A stretch of DNA of 64,000 nucleotides, taken from positions 32,001 through 96,000 of the forward strand of contig JAYUVP010000098.1 in the NCBI GenBank assembly GCA_043753995.1. The letters run 5' to 3'. The number at the start of each line of letters is the position of its first letter. Within the stretch, counting starts at the first letter, position 1. A program made the translations under genes and the position numbers. This document shows positions 29,701 through 37,837 of the stretch, piece by piece. This DNA comes from Fibrobacterota bacterium (lineage in GTDB: Bacteria; Fibrobacterota; Fibrobacteria; UBA11236). The notes under the pieces were generated by a model that was given only the letters and a program-made list of their open reading frames with translations, searched no databases and was not told the origin of the DNA.

Positions 29701-31207
29701 CTTCAATGCTGCGACCTTGAGTTATTCTGGGTCGGTGGCTTCTACCGTGACTTCGGTCTCGGTGACTGCGACGGTGCAAAGTGCGTCGGCGACCCTGTCG
29801 ATCAATGGATCGGCCACGACATCGGGAACCGCGCGCAGCGTTACCCTTACCGCCGGTGCGAATGCCATCCCCGTGATAGTGACGGCCCAGAACGGAACCA
29901 CTCGGACTTATACAGTGACTATCACCCAGCAGGATGGGAACAATAATCTCTCGGACCTGACGCCTTCGGTCGGATCCTTCACGTCGCCCTTCTCGCAAAA
30001 TACGATTGCTTATGACCTGGTCGTTCCTGATGTGAATACCAGCGTTCGCTTGACACCCACGGCCGCAGCTCCTCTCACCTCAACTATTACGGTCAACACA
30101 GTCGCCGTCACTTCGGGAGCCCAATCGGCGGCCCTCGCCTTGGCTGCAGCACAAATGACTACCGCGACCATTCGAGTGACATCGCAAAGCGGGGTGACCA
30201 AAACCTATACGGTGAGGATGCATCGAGGCGGCTGGGTGCAAGCGGGTGGAGTTACGGGCGCTAGCACGGAAGCCCCCGCCGCCTTGGCATCGCATGAAAA
30301 CATGGTCTATCATCTGGGGCAAGTCACCCAAACCAGGGTAGCGACCGTGAAGAGGTTGTCCGGATCCACCTGGGGAGCGGATCCCTCATTTCCGGGATTT
30401 TCGCCGCTGGGCGCCAATGCCATGGTGAGCGATGCAACGAATTTGTTTATAGTCAGCGCATGGACGGCAACGGCCATCATGCACCGCAAAAATGCCGCCG
30501 CAACTTGGTCCAACTCCACGGTGGGGCCCCCCGGCATCGCCCTGATGGCCGCAGGTGGGAATAACGCCTATTACTTGTACAAGGACAATATCAACAGCAC
30601 TCCTCATGTGCTCTCTTTCGGTGGAAGCAGCTGGACGGAAATCGGAACCTTGCCCTCGGATGCGGACTATGCCGATTTGGCGGCGGGGTCGGATGGAACG
30701 CCCTGGGTAGCTCAAAATTCCGGCACCTCACTAGAGGTCAGGCGCTGGAGCAGTTCCTTATGGACCACGTCGAGTGGCGGGGGCACCAATGCGACTGGAA
30801 GTCTGGCCTTTTCCTCCTTTTCATTGGGCATTTGGAATAATCTCCCTTATGTCGCCTTTGCCGACGAAGCCAATGGTGGGGGCCTCACCGTGACTCGGGC
30901 CTCCAGCGGGGCAGTCTTGGGAACGCGCGCTTTTTCGCCTAGCGGCCTTGTCGTGTCGGCGTGCCGGGTCTATGGTTCGTCTGGCGTTTTGATCGTTGTC
31001 GCGCAAATGCGTGATGCCGCAAGCGCCGCCTATTCCAACTATGCCTGGAAGTGGACGGGTTCGGCCTGGGAAATGCTGGGGTCGGGCGCCATATCCACCG
31101 GCACGTCCTCCGGATTCACCTCGACCATGCATCAAGGCTTTCCTTGGATGGGCCAGGTTACGGCTTCCGGAAGTGTCGTCTACCAATACGTCAATACGGC
31201 GCCTTGA
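26708..31207 (+). CDS. Large surface lipoprotein/adhesin: Ig-like (Big_2), PKD domains, six cadherin-like beta-sandwich repeats, C-terminal propeller-like region
   Basis: Lipobox LLSC; PKD motifs YRWDFNGD and LEWDFTGTG; repeats ending VTAQDGTTKTYTVTIT. Confidence 0.85.
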   Translation: MKFEAPVKKAILSAASLLILMLFPLILLSCLAKSEDDTVTIKVKPAWLELDSFEVVWVDAEGKEKAMLFQGPLKNEWSLTDLPGKGYKGEAAVFMLRGYEGGVLVFEQKRVFNPNTNPKITVTTLRDPWATSAGLTLDPKRLNLVVGETKAVRAETNPEEAIQSVTWEARTPGIVEIVSNAASPGNVTVKALQAGSTVILVRVSTDPKLVDSVVVDVYSSADAPPVIDAFGPDTVISIKDSVMFSAVFHARNGKLATCTLDVNSDGVAEFQESLTDSAHSFKRSFAYPDTGNFSASLTVVDAAGRISRETALIGVRLDAPRIDAGNDTGIAVGSSLVFVGKATQDFGTLVSYRWDFNGDNTWDFESTTTGQTTHTYASEGTFVAVFEVKDDDGNVSRDTRRVDVGNKAPAFSATLPDTIITIKDAITFKGRVADGDGLITKLEWDFTGTGTFTHATTPGLAQVDFSVEQVFNTPSVIKVVARATDNGGKTWDDTVRVEVLLDAPKVSAGDDVSMIAGGQITLNGTATDGRGQVVTTEWKIGSGNFLQRRQGDTSFTAPSTPQILWALFRATDDDGNQVMDSVKVTVRASTDNLLKLLSVASVILSPTTFNSGVFTYSGSVANSVTSVSITAAPVDPTATLTVNGVAATSGTPSTVNLSTSVNAIPIVVKAQDGSEETYTVTITRAQEANNSLLALAVATVTLAPSTFNAATVIYSGTVASAVTSVSVTATTQSDLATLSVNSLAATSGTASTVNLTTGPNAIPIVVTAQDGSKKTYTVNITRAQDANNSLLSLSVASVTLAPAIFNAATLNYTGSVASSVTSVSVTATVQSASATMTVNGTTATSGAARTVNLTTGPNAIPIVVTAQDGTTKTYTVTITQPDANNALLSLSVASVTLTPNIFNAATLNYTGTVASSVASVSMTATVQSASATLTVNGTTATSGTARTVNLVPGPNAIPIVVTAQDGTTRTYTVTITQPDANNALLSLSVASVTLAPATFNAATLSYSGSVASTVTSVSVTATVQSASATLSINGSATTSGTARSVTLTAGANAIPVIVTAQNGTTRTYTVTITQQDGNNNLSDLTPSVGSFTSPFSQNTIAYDLVVPDVNTSVRLTPTAAAPLTSTITVNTVAVTSGAQSAALALAAAQMTTATIRVTSQSGVTKTYTVRMHRGGWVQAGGVTGASTEAPAALASHENMVYHLGQVTQTRVATVKRLSGSTWGADPSFPGFSPLGANAMVSDATNLFIVSAWTATAIMHRKNAAATWSNSTVGPPGIALMAAGGNNAYYLYKDNINSTPHVLSFGGSSWTEIGTLPSDADYADLAAGSDGTPWVAQNSGTSLEVRRWSSSLWTTSSGGGTNATGSLAFSSFSLGIWNNLPYVAFADEANGGGLTVTRASSGAVLGTRAFSPSGLVVSACRVYGSSGVLIVVAQMRDAASAAYSNYAWKWTGSAWEMLGSGAISTGTSSGFTSTMHQGFPWMGQVTASGSVVYQYVNTAP
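28475..30215 (+). repeat. Six intragenic tandem repeats of 291-294 bp (cadherin-like domains)
   Basis: Units start at 28475, 28769, 29063, 29354, 29645 and 29936. The central units are closely similar; the last is diverged. Confidence 0.9.
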
Positions 31208-31211
31208 GTAG

Positions 31212-31249
31212 GTTACTTCAATGTTTCGGTAACATATAGGATACGTTTT
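31212..31249. promoter_or_regulatory. Intergenic motif, copy 2
   Basis: GTTACttcaatGTTTCgGTAACatatagGATACgtttt; matches 23906-23943. Confidence 0.55.
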
Positions 31250-31431
31250 GGAGGTTTGAAATCGACTTCCAACGGCGTTTTTTCCCGAAAAGGCGCCTGC
31301 GGCTTAGGGGTCTTGTCAGAAGAGAGGTCCGGGGACCCTCTCTAGGGTGTTGGGTTGGGGGCGCCATCTGAAGTGGCTTCTAGGGCTATCTTTACAGGCG
31401 CACTATTGGCCTCACCTTTCAGGAAATCGGC

Positions 31432-31893
31432 GTGCTTTCGAAAAAAACCATTTATGCCATCAAGGCATTGCAATACTTGGCCCGCAAGCATAAAAGCGGG
31501 CCGGTGCTCATCGCCGAAATCGCCGAGCAAGAATCCATCCCGCAAAAATTCCTGGAGTTGATTCTCCTGGAGCTGAAAAAAGACGGCGTTCTCGACAGCA
31601 AAAAAGGCAAGGGCGGCGGGTATATGCTGGCTCGCCCCGCCGACAGCATTACTTTGGGGCAAATCATTCGCAAAATGGACGGGCCTTTGGCCTTGCGTCC
31701 TTGCGTGAGCCAGACCGCCTATCGCCGCTGCGACGAATGCAAGGACGAAGTCACTTGCGGCATTCGCATGGCGATGAAGGAAGTGCGCGATCGCACCGCA
31801 GAAATTTTAGATCGCACCTCGCTCGCGCAAATCAATGATGCCGCCAAAGCCGCGCAGGCCAATCGCGGTGGCATACTCGACTATTCGATTTGA
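31432..31893 (+). CDS. Rrf2 family transcriptional regulator (probable Fe-S or sulfur-responsive)
   Basis: Motifs IPQKFLELILLELK and SKKGKGGGYML; four Cys in CVSQTAYRRCDECKDEVTC; GTG start. Confidence 0.92.
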   Translation: MLSKKTIYAIKALQYLARKHKSGPVLIAEIAEQESIPQKFLELILLELKKDGVLDSKKGKGGGYMLARPADSITLGQIIRKMDGPLALRPCVSQTAYRRCDECKDEVTCGIRMAMKEVRDRTAEILDRTSLAQINDAAKAAQANRGGILDYSI

Positions 31894-31917
31894 TCCTTTC
31901 CATCACCCGGAGGCCTT

Positions 31918-32898
31918 ATGGCAAACTGGTTCGCTGACAACTCTCTCTCCATCGGCAATACGCCCCTCGTCAAACTCAATCGCGTCACCGATGGCGCTCA
32001 AGCCACCGTGCTGGCGAAAATCGAAGGGCGCAATCCGGCTTATTCGGTGAAATGCCGCATTGGCGCGGCCATGATTTGGGATGCGGAAAAGCGCGGATTA
32101 CTCGGCCCTGGCAAGGAATTGATTGAGCCCACGAGCGGGAATACCGGCATAGCGCTCGCCTTCGTGGCAGCGGCACGCGGCATACCCCTGACGCTCACCA
32201 TGCCCGAAACCATGAGCATCGAACGCCGCAAGCTTTTGCTGGCCTATGGTGCCAAGCTCATTTTGACCGAAGGCCCCAAGGGTATGCCCGGCGCCATCGC
32301 CAAGGCCGAGGAAATCGCCGCCACCGATTCGAAATACGTGCTCTTGCAGCAATTCAAGAATCCCGCCAATCCGGCCATTCATGAAAGCACCACCGGCCCG
32401 GAAATCTGGAATGGCACCGATGGCGCCATCGACATTTTCGTTTCGGGCGTGGGCACGGGCGGCACTTTGACCGGCGTGTCACGCTACATCAAGCACACCA
32501 AGAAAAAAGCCATTCATACCGTCGCCGTCGAACCCTCGGCAAGCCCGGTGATTACGCAAACCCGCAATGGCGAAGCGCCCAAGCCCTCGCCGCATAAGAT
32601 TCAAGGCATAGGCGCGGGTTTTGTGCCGGGTAACCTGGATATGACCCTGGTCGATAGCGTCGAGCAGGTGAGCAATGAAGAGGCCATGGAATTCGCGCGC
32701 CGCCTTGCCAAAGAAGAAGGCATACTCTCGGGCATTTCCTGCGGAGCCGCGGTCGCCGTCGCCGTGCGTCTCGCCAAGCGCCCGGAAAATAAGGGCAAGA
32801 CTCTAGTGGTTGTGTTACCCGATTCGGGCGAGCGTTATCTCAGCACCTTGCTTTTCGAGGGTTACTTCGACGCTACGGGCAATCCATTGCCGGCCTAA
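31918..32898 (+). CDS. cysK: Cysteine synthase A (O-acetylserine sulfhydrylase)
   Basis: Motifs [11 protein letters not shown] (PLP Lys), [15 protein letters not shown] and [11 protein letters not shown]. Confidence 0.97.
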   Translation: MANWFADNSLSIGNTPLVKLNRVTDGAQATVLAKIEGRNPAYSVKCRIGAAMIWDAEKRGLLGPGKELIEPTSGNTGIALAFVAAARGIPLTLTMPETMSIERRKLLLAYGAKLILTEGPKGMPGAIAKAEEIAATDSKYVLLQQFKNPANPAIHESTTGPEIWNGTDGAIDIFVSGVGTGGTLTGVSRYIKHTKKKAIHTVAVEPSASPVITQTRNGEAPKPSPHKIQGIGAGFVPGNLDMTLVDSVEQVSNEEAMEFARRLAKEEGILSGISCGAAVAVAVRLAKRPENKGKTLVVVLPDSGERYLSTLLFEGYFDATGNPLPA

Positions 32899-32920
32899 AC
32901 TTTGTTTTTAAAATCTCCCT

Positions 32921-33568
32921 ATGACTTCTTTCTCCCTCGTCATTTTCGATTGCGATGGTGTTTTGGTGGACAGCGAAAGCATTGCCGCCCGCACCCTCTC
33001 GCGCTTATTGACCCGGTTGGGTTGGGCCATCACCGCTCCCGAAGTCACCGAGCGCTTCAAGGGTAAATCCCTGGCTGACACCGTGCGCCTGGTGGAAGAG
33101 CATTTGGGTCCTTCTTTGCCGGCAACCTGGCTTTATGACTTGGCCATGTTCACGGCCCTCGATTTTGCGAAAGACTTGCGGCCGATACCGGGCGTGCGAG
33201 AATTATTGCTGAACTTGCAAAGCCAGAGCCGGCCTTTTTGCCTGGCTTCGCAGAGCACGCCCGAGCGCATTGAATTGAGTTTGCGCCTCGCCGATTTGTT
33301 TTCGTTTTTTCCAAACCGATTCTTCAGCGCCACCCAGGTGGAAAGAGGCAAGCCCTTTCCCGACCTTTATTTGCTGGCTGCGCAGGTGATGAAGACGCGG
33401 CCTGCGGACTGCCTGGTCATTGAAGATTCGCCCACCGGGGTGGTTGCGGGGGTTAACGCCGGCATGACGGTGTGGGGATATGCCGGGCCGGGTGGGGGAA
33501 ATGCCGAAGCTCTCGCAGCAGCAGGCGCGAAGGTATTCACGTCGATGCATGATTTGGCCATTCCGTAA
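32921..33568 (+). CDS. HAD family IA hydrolase/phosphatase
   Basis: Motifs FDCDGVLVDSE, GKPFPD and VIEDSPTG. Confidence 0.92.
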   Translation: MTSFSLVIFDCDGVLVDSESIAARTLSRLLTRLGWAITAPEVTERFKGKSLADTVRLVEEHLGPSLPATWLYDLAMFTALDFAKDLRPIPGVRELLLNLQSQSRPFCLASQSTPERIELSLRLADLFSFFPNRFFSATQVERGKPFPDLYLLAAQVMKTRPADCLVIEDSPTGVVAGVNAGMTVWGYAGPGGGNAEALAAAGAKVFTSMHDLAIP

Positions 33569-33719
33569 AGGCGCAATCGAATCGAAACAAGTTTTCGGAA
33601 ACCCGTTTGAAAACCGTCTTCTTATAATCCGTATCAACTTCAGATCAAAAAACGCAAAAGCGTAACCGATATTTACCCCCACTCGTTCGAATCACTTCGA
33701 CGAAACCGGGAGGTAAGAG

Positions 33720-36700
33720 ATGCGGGTTAGAGAGAATCGTTTTCTGTTCGCCGCCATTGCGCTGGCTGCCGGAGTAGGCAGTCCAGCCATTGCGGCGTCT
33801 GATGTGGTCATCAGCCAGATCTATGGCGGCGGAGGGAATTCCGGCGCCACCTTGCGAAATGACTTTATTGAGCTGCACAATCGCAGCGCCAATCCCATCG
33901 ACCTCACGGGTTGGTCGGTGCAATACGCTTCAGCGACGGGCACCACCTGGTCGCGCACCTTGCTTACAGGCAGCATTGCTGCTGGAGGTTATTACCTGGT
34001 TCAGGAGGCGCAGGGCGCGGGTGGCACGGTTGCTTTGCCCACCCCCGATGCCATCGGAACCCTTGCTATGTCGGCAACGGCGGGAAAGGTGGCCTTGTCG
34101 AATTCCGGTACGGCACTCTCAGGCGCCTGCCCCGCGGGCATGATCGATTGGATTGGTTTCGGCACGGCCAATTGCTTTGAAGGATCGGGCGCCGCGGCCG
34201 CGCTGACCAATACCACGGCCTCCTTGCGTGGCGCTTCGGGTTGTGATGATGCCGACAATAATGCGGCAGATTTCGCGTCCGGCACCCCGAATCCCCGTAA
34301 CTCCGCCGCTACGGCATTCGCTTGTGGCGCCGATGCCGCTCCCCAGGTCTCCTCCATGTCGCCGCCACCCTCCAGCGGTAGCGCGGCTCCGAACACTAAC
34401 ATTGTCATCACCTTTAATGAGCCCGTGGCCGTGGCTGGTTCGTGGTTTCAAATATCGGGAACGCTTAGCGGCGGCGTTTCGGCGACGGTTGCAGGTGGCC
34501 CTCAGGTTTTCACCTTGAATCCCGATCTTGACTTCATTCCAGGGGAAAACGTGACAGTGACCGTATTGGCCGCTTCGGTTTCGGATCTGGACACCCTGGA
34601 TCCTCCTAACCAACCTATCGCCAATTTCGTCGGCACCTTCACGGTCTTCTCGCCTGTCCGCATCGCGACGATTCAAGGCATGTCGCATACCTCACCCCTG
34701 GTCGGCCAAAACGTCGCGGGTGTCGAGGGTGTAGTCACGGTCCTGCGTACCAATGGTTTCTATCTGCAAGACACCTTGCCCGATGCCAATCCCGCTACTT
34801 CCGAAGCCATTTTTGTCTTCACCAGCACGGTGCCCACCGTGCTTGTCGGGGATGCCGTGACGGTGAGCGGACAGGTCGCCGAATTCCGTGCTGGAGGCAG
34901 TAGCGGAACCAATAATCTCACCCTGACCGAATTGGTTTCTCCCGTGGTGCAGGTGATTTCTTCGGGACATACCCTGCCCGCCGCCCAAGTCCTCGGGCAA
35001 GCGGGACGCATTCCCCCTGGAGAAATTATTGACAATGATGCCGGTGGTAATGTTGAAACTGGCGGATCCTTCGACGTAAGCCAGGATGGCATTGATTTCT
35101 ATGAGAGCCTCGAAAGCATGCGCGTGCAAGTAAATCAGCCTGTTGTCGTGGGTCCCCGCAACGATTTCGGTGAATTCCTGGTAGTGGGTGATTCGGGTGC
35201 CTTGGCCTCACTGCGCACCCCTCGCGGAGGCGTAAAGGTACGCGCGACGGATTTCAATCCCGAGCGCATCATGGTGGATGACGCCTTGGTTGCCACCCCT
35301 TTGGTCAATGTGGGCGATGCCTTTGACGGCCCCATCCTCGGTGTGCTGGATTATCAATTCGCCAATTTTAAAATCATCCCCACCAGCTTGCCCAATCGCA
35401 TTGTCGGCCCCTTGGTGAAGGAAGTTTCTTCCGCGACCTGCGCAGGTCAATTGACCGTGGCCACCTTTAATGTCGAGAATCTCGATCCTTCCGACCCGCA
35501 AGCGAAATTCGACAGCCTCGCGGTCGCCATCGTTTCGAATTTGCGCTCGCCCATGGTGATTGCCCTCGAAGAAATGCAGGACAATACCGGAGCGGTGAAT
35601 GACGGCGTGGTGGATGCCTCAGTCACTGCCGCGCGTCTTATCGCCGCCGTGCAGGCCGCAGGCGGCCCAATCTATACCTACACGGAAATTGTGCCACAGG
35701 AAATGCAGGATGGTGGCGAACCAGGGGGTAACATTCGCGTTGCCTTCCTGTATCAAGCCGGCAATGGCTTGAGCTTCGTATCGCGCCCGGGCGGAACCTC
35801 CACCAATGCGGTGCAAGCCCAGGCCGCTCCTGGCGGCGGCGTGCGTCTCAATTTCAGCCCGGGCCGCATCGACCCCCTGAATCCCGCTTTCAATAATAGC
35901 CGCAAGCCCTTGGTCGGCGAATTCCTGTATAAGAGCAGGACCTTTTTCTTCATCGCCAATCATTTCAATTCCAAAGGCGGTGACCAACCCCTGTTCGGAC
36001 GGTTTCAGCCCCCGGTTCTCAGCTCCGAAGCGCAGCGAATACAACAAGCCCAGGCGGTGCGGAGTTTCGTGCAGTCGGTATTGAGCCTGGACCCGAATGC
36101 GCGCATTGTCGTACTCGGTGACTTCAATGATTTCGAATTCTCGGCTCCTTTGCAAACCCTGAAAAGCGCTCCTCTGGTCGACCTCATTGAGATCTTGCCC
36201 GAAGGCGAGCGATACAGCTATGTGTATGAAGGCAATTCCCAGGCTCTCGATCACATACTGGTCAGCCCATTCCTTGCGCAACAGCCCGCCAACTTTTATG
36301 ACGTGGTTCACGTGAATTCCGAATTCGCCGACCAAGTCAGCGATCATGAACCCCAGCGCGCCTGTTTCGACAAGGGATTGATAGCCGATGCGGGTTTAAC
36401 CAAGCAGGAATTGCTGGAGTCGTATAGCCGTCCGCTTTTCGGCATGAGCGCTCCATTGGCCGCTTCCGCACCCGCTTCGGTGGTGCAATACCGCACGCCA
36501 GCACAAACGGCCGGAGATCAAGTCGCCTTGGCCCCTGGCCTTGCCGCCGCCTATCTCACTCGCAGCATTGGTAATTCGGCGGATCAATTCGCTTTCTGGC
36601 CGAATGCGACCCAACCCACCCATGCGATTTTCTGCATCGAGGACGATCGTGAGGTGATTGGAACCTTTCCGAATACCTTGCCCAAGTACAACCCTTCGGT

Positions 36701-37787
36701 GCAGCGCGTGGATCGCAATGGCAATGTGCAGACCATTCTTCGCGGCATGACCTCATGCGATGGCATCATTACGACAGCATGGGGCACCGTGCTTGCCACC
36801 GAAGAAGAAGAGGATGGTGGTGCTTATGAAATTTTGAATCCGCTCACGACCACGAATTTCACCGTGCAAGACCGGACCACGGGGGTGATACTCGACTCCA
36901 ATGGCAATGTGCAATCCACTCGGATTGCCAAACGGCAAGCGCTTCCCACCATTTCCTGGGAAGGGATTGTGGCTCTTCCTTCCGGCATTCTTTATGGAGG
37001 CGATGAATTGCGTCCTGGCACCGATTCCGCGGATCGTGACGGCGGCGCCCTGTTCAAATTCATGCCCACCGTGCCAGCCATACCCAATGTCATCATCACA
37101 AATTTGAACCAGTCGCCTTTGGTGTCTGGATCGGTTCATGCGCTTCAGGTCTCTTGCATAGGCAATGGTCAACAAGCCGGCCAGGGCTGCGAAGTCGGCA
37201 ATGCCGCTTGGTTGCCGGTCTTGCCCGCCACGGCCAGGCTCGACGCTCACCGTCTCGGCGCGACCGGATATTACCGGCCGGAAGACATGGATAAGGATCC
37301 CATTTATTCCGACTCTTTGAATCCCACGGCGATTCGGTTTTGCTGGACCAATACCCAGAATGAAGGCGCCCAAAGTTATGGCGAAGTGATGTGCGCCGTC
37401 GACCGTAGCCCGGCGGTGGCCTCGAATACCCAGCGCACCGTGGTCCTCAACCGCTTCATCACGGGCGATAAGGATTTCAATTCCTTCGACAATATCGCCT
37501 TTCAGCCCGGCACGGGAATTCTATATGTGATCGAAGATCACAATAATGGGGATATCTTCGCTTGCCTCACGGATGGCGCGGATCGCGACAATAAGACCGA
37601 TGGTTGCATCAAGGTTCTTTCCGTCAAGGAATCGGGTGCCGAGCCCACGGGCTTCGCCTTTTTAGGCGACGGAAAATCGGCTGTGCTTTCCATTCAACAT
37701 TCCAATGACAGCCAGATGCCTTTAGTCGACGACTATGGCACCGACGACATCCTTCATATCACCGGCTTCCAGGCTATTGCGCCATGA
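33720..37787 (+). CDS. Secreted multidomain nuclease-phosphatase: lamin-tail domain, Ig-like, OB-fold, EEP nuclease, PhoX-like domain
   Basis: LTD (VVISQIYGGGGN, DFIELHN); IATIQG/GFYLQD OB fold; EEP motifs ATFNVENL, NHFNSK, GDFND, LDHILVS and SDHEP; then a PhoX-like region with TAWGTVLATEE, YRPED, FDNI and AEPTG. Confidence 0.85.
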   Translation: MRVRENRFLFAAIALAAGVGSPAIAASDVVISQIYGGGGNSGATLRNDFIELHNRSANPIDLTGWSVQYASATGTTWSRTLLTGSIAAGGYYLVQEAQGAGGTVALPTPDAIGTLAMSATAGKVALSNSGTALSGACPAGMIDWIGFGTANCFEGSGAAAALTNTTASLRGASGCDDADNNAADFASGTPNPRNSAATAFACGADAAPQVSSMSPPPSSGSAAPNTNIVITFNEPVAVAGSWFQISGTLSGGVSATVAGGPQVFTLNPDLDFIPGENVTVTVLAASVSDLDTLDPPNQPIANFVGTFTVFSPVRIATIQGMSHTSPLVGQNVAGVEGVVTVLRTNGFYLQDTLPDANPATSEAIFVFTSTVPTVLVGDAVTVSGQVAEFRAGGSSGTNNLTLTELVSPVVQVISSGHTLPAAQVLGQAGRIPPGEIIDNDAGGNVETGGSFDVSQDGIDFYESLESMRVQVNQPVVVGPRNDFGEFLVVGDSGALASLRTPRGGVKVRATDFNPERIMVDDALVATPLVNVGDAFDGPILGVLDYQFANFKIIPTSLPNRIVGPLVKEVSSATCAGQLTVATFNVENLDPSDPQAKFDSLAVAIVSNLRSPMVIALEEMQDNTGAVNDGVVDASVTAARLIAAVQAAGGPIYTYTEIVPQEMQDGGEPGGNIRVAFLYQAGNGLSFVSRPGGTSTNAVQAQAAPGGGVRLNFSPGRIDPLNPAFNNSRKPLVGEFLYKSRTFFFIANHFNSKGGDQPLFGRFQPPVLSSEAQRIQQAQAVRSFVQSVLSLDPNARIVVLGDFNDFEFSAPLQTLKSAPLVDLIEILPEGERYSYVYEGNSQALDHILVSPFLAQQPANFYDVVHVNSEFADQVSDHEPQRACFDKGLIADAGLTKQELLESYSRPLFGMSAPLAASAPASVVQYRTPAQTAGDQVALAPGLAAAYLTRSIGNSADQFAFWPNATQPTHAIFCIEDDREVIGTFPNTLPKYNPSVQRVDRNGNVQTILRGMTSCDGIITTAWGTVLATEEEEDGGAYEILNPLTTTNFTVQDRTTGVILDSNGNVQSTRIAKRQALPTISWEGIVALPSGILYGGDELRPGTDSADRDGGALFKFMPTVPAIPNVIITNLNQSPLVSGSVHALQVSCIGNGQQAGQGCEVGNAAWLPVLPATARLDAHRLGATGYYRPEDMDKDPIYSDSLNPTAIRFCWTNTQNEGAQSYGEVMCAVDRSPAVASNTQRTVVLNRFITGDKDFNSFDNIAFQPGTGILYVIEDHNNGDIFACLTDGADRDNKTDGCIKVLSVKESGAEPTGFAFLGDGKSAVLSIQHSNDSQMPLVDDYGTDDILHITGFQAIAP

Positions 37788-37837
37788 ACAGCCATCCAGA
37801 AATCAATCCAAAAGCAACCGGAAACCAAAACAGGAGA

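Noticed and set aside
28475..30215. Regular repeats as a CRISPR array or non-coding repeat
   Set aside because: Units are 291-294 bp, in frame and encode protein domains; there is no short repeat/unique spacer structure and no cas gene.
33569..33719. Pho box upstream of the nuclease-PhoX operon
   Set aside because: No convincing 11-bp-spaced CTGTCAT-like direct repeats are visible.
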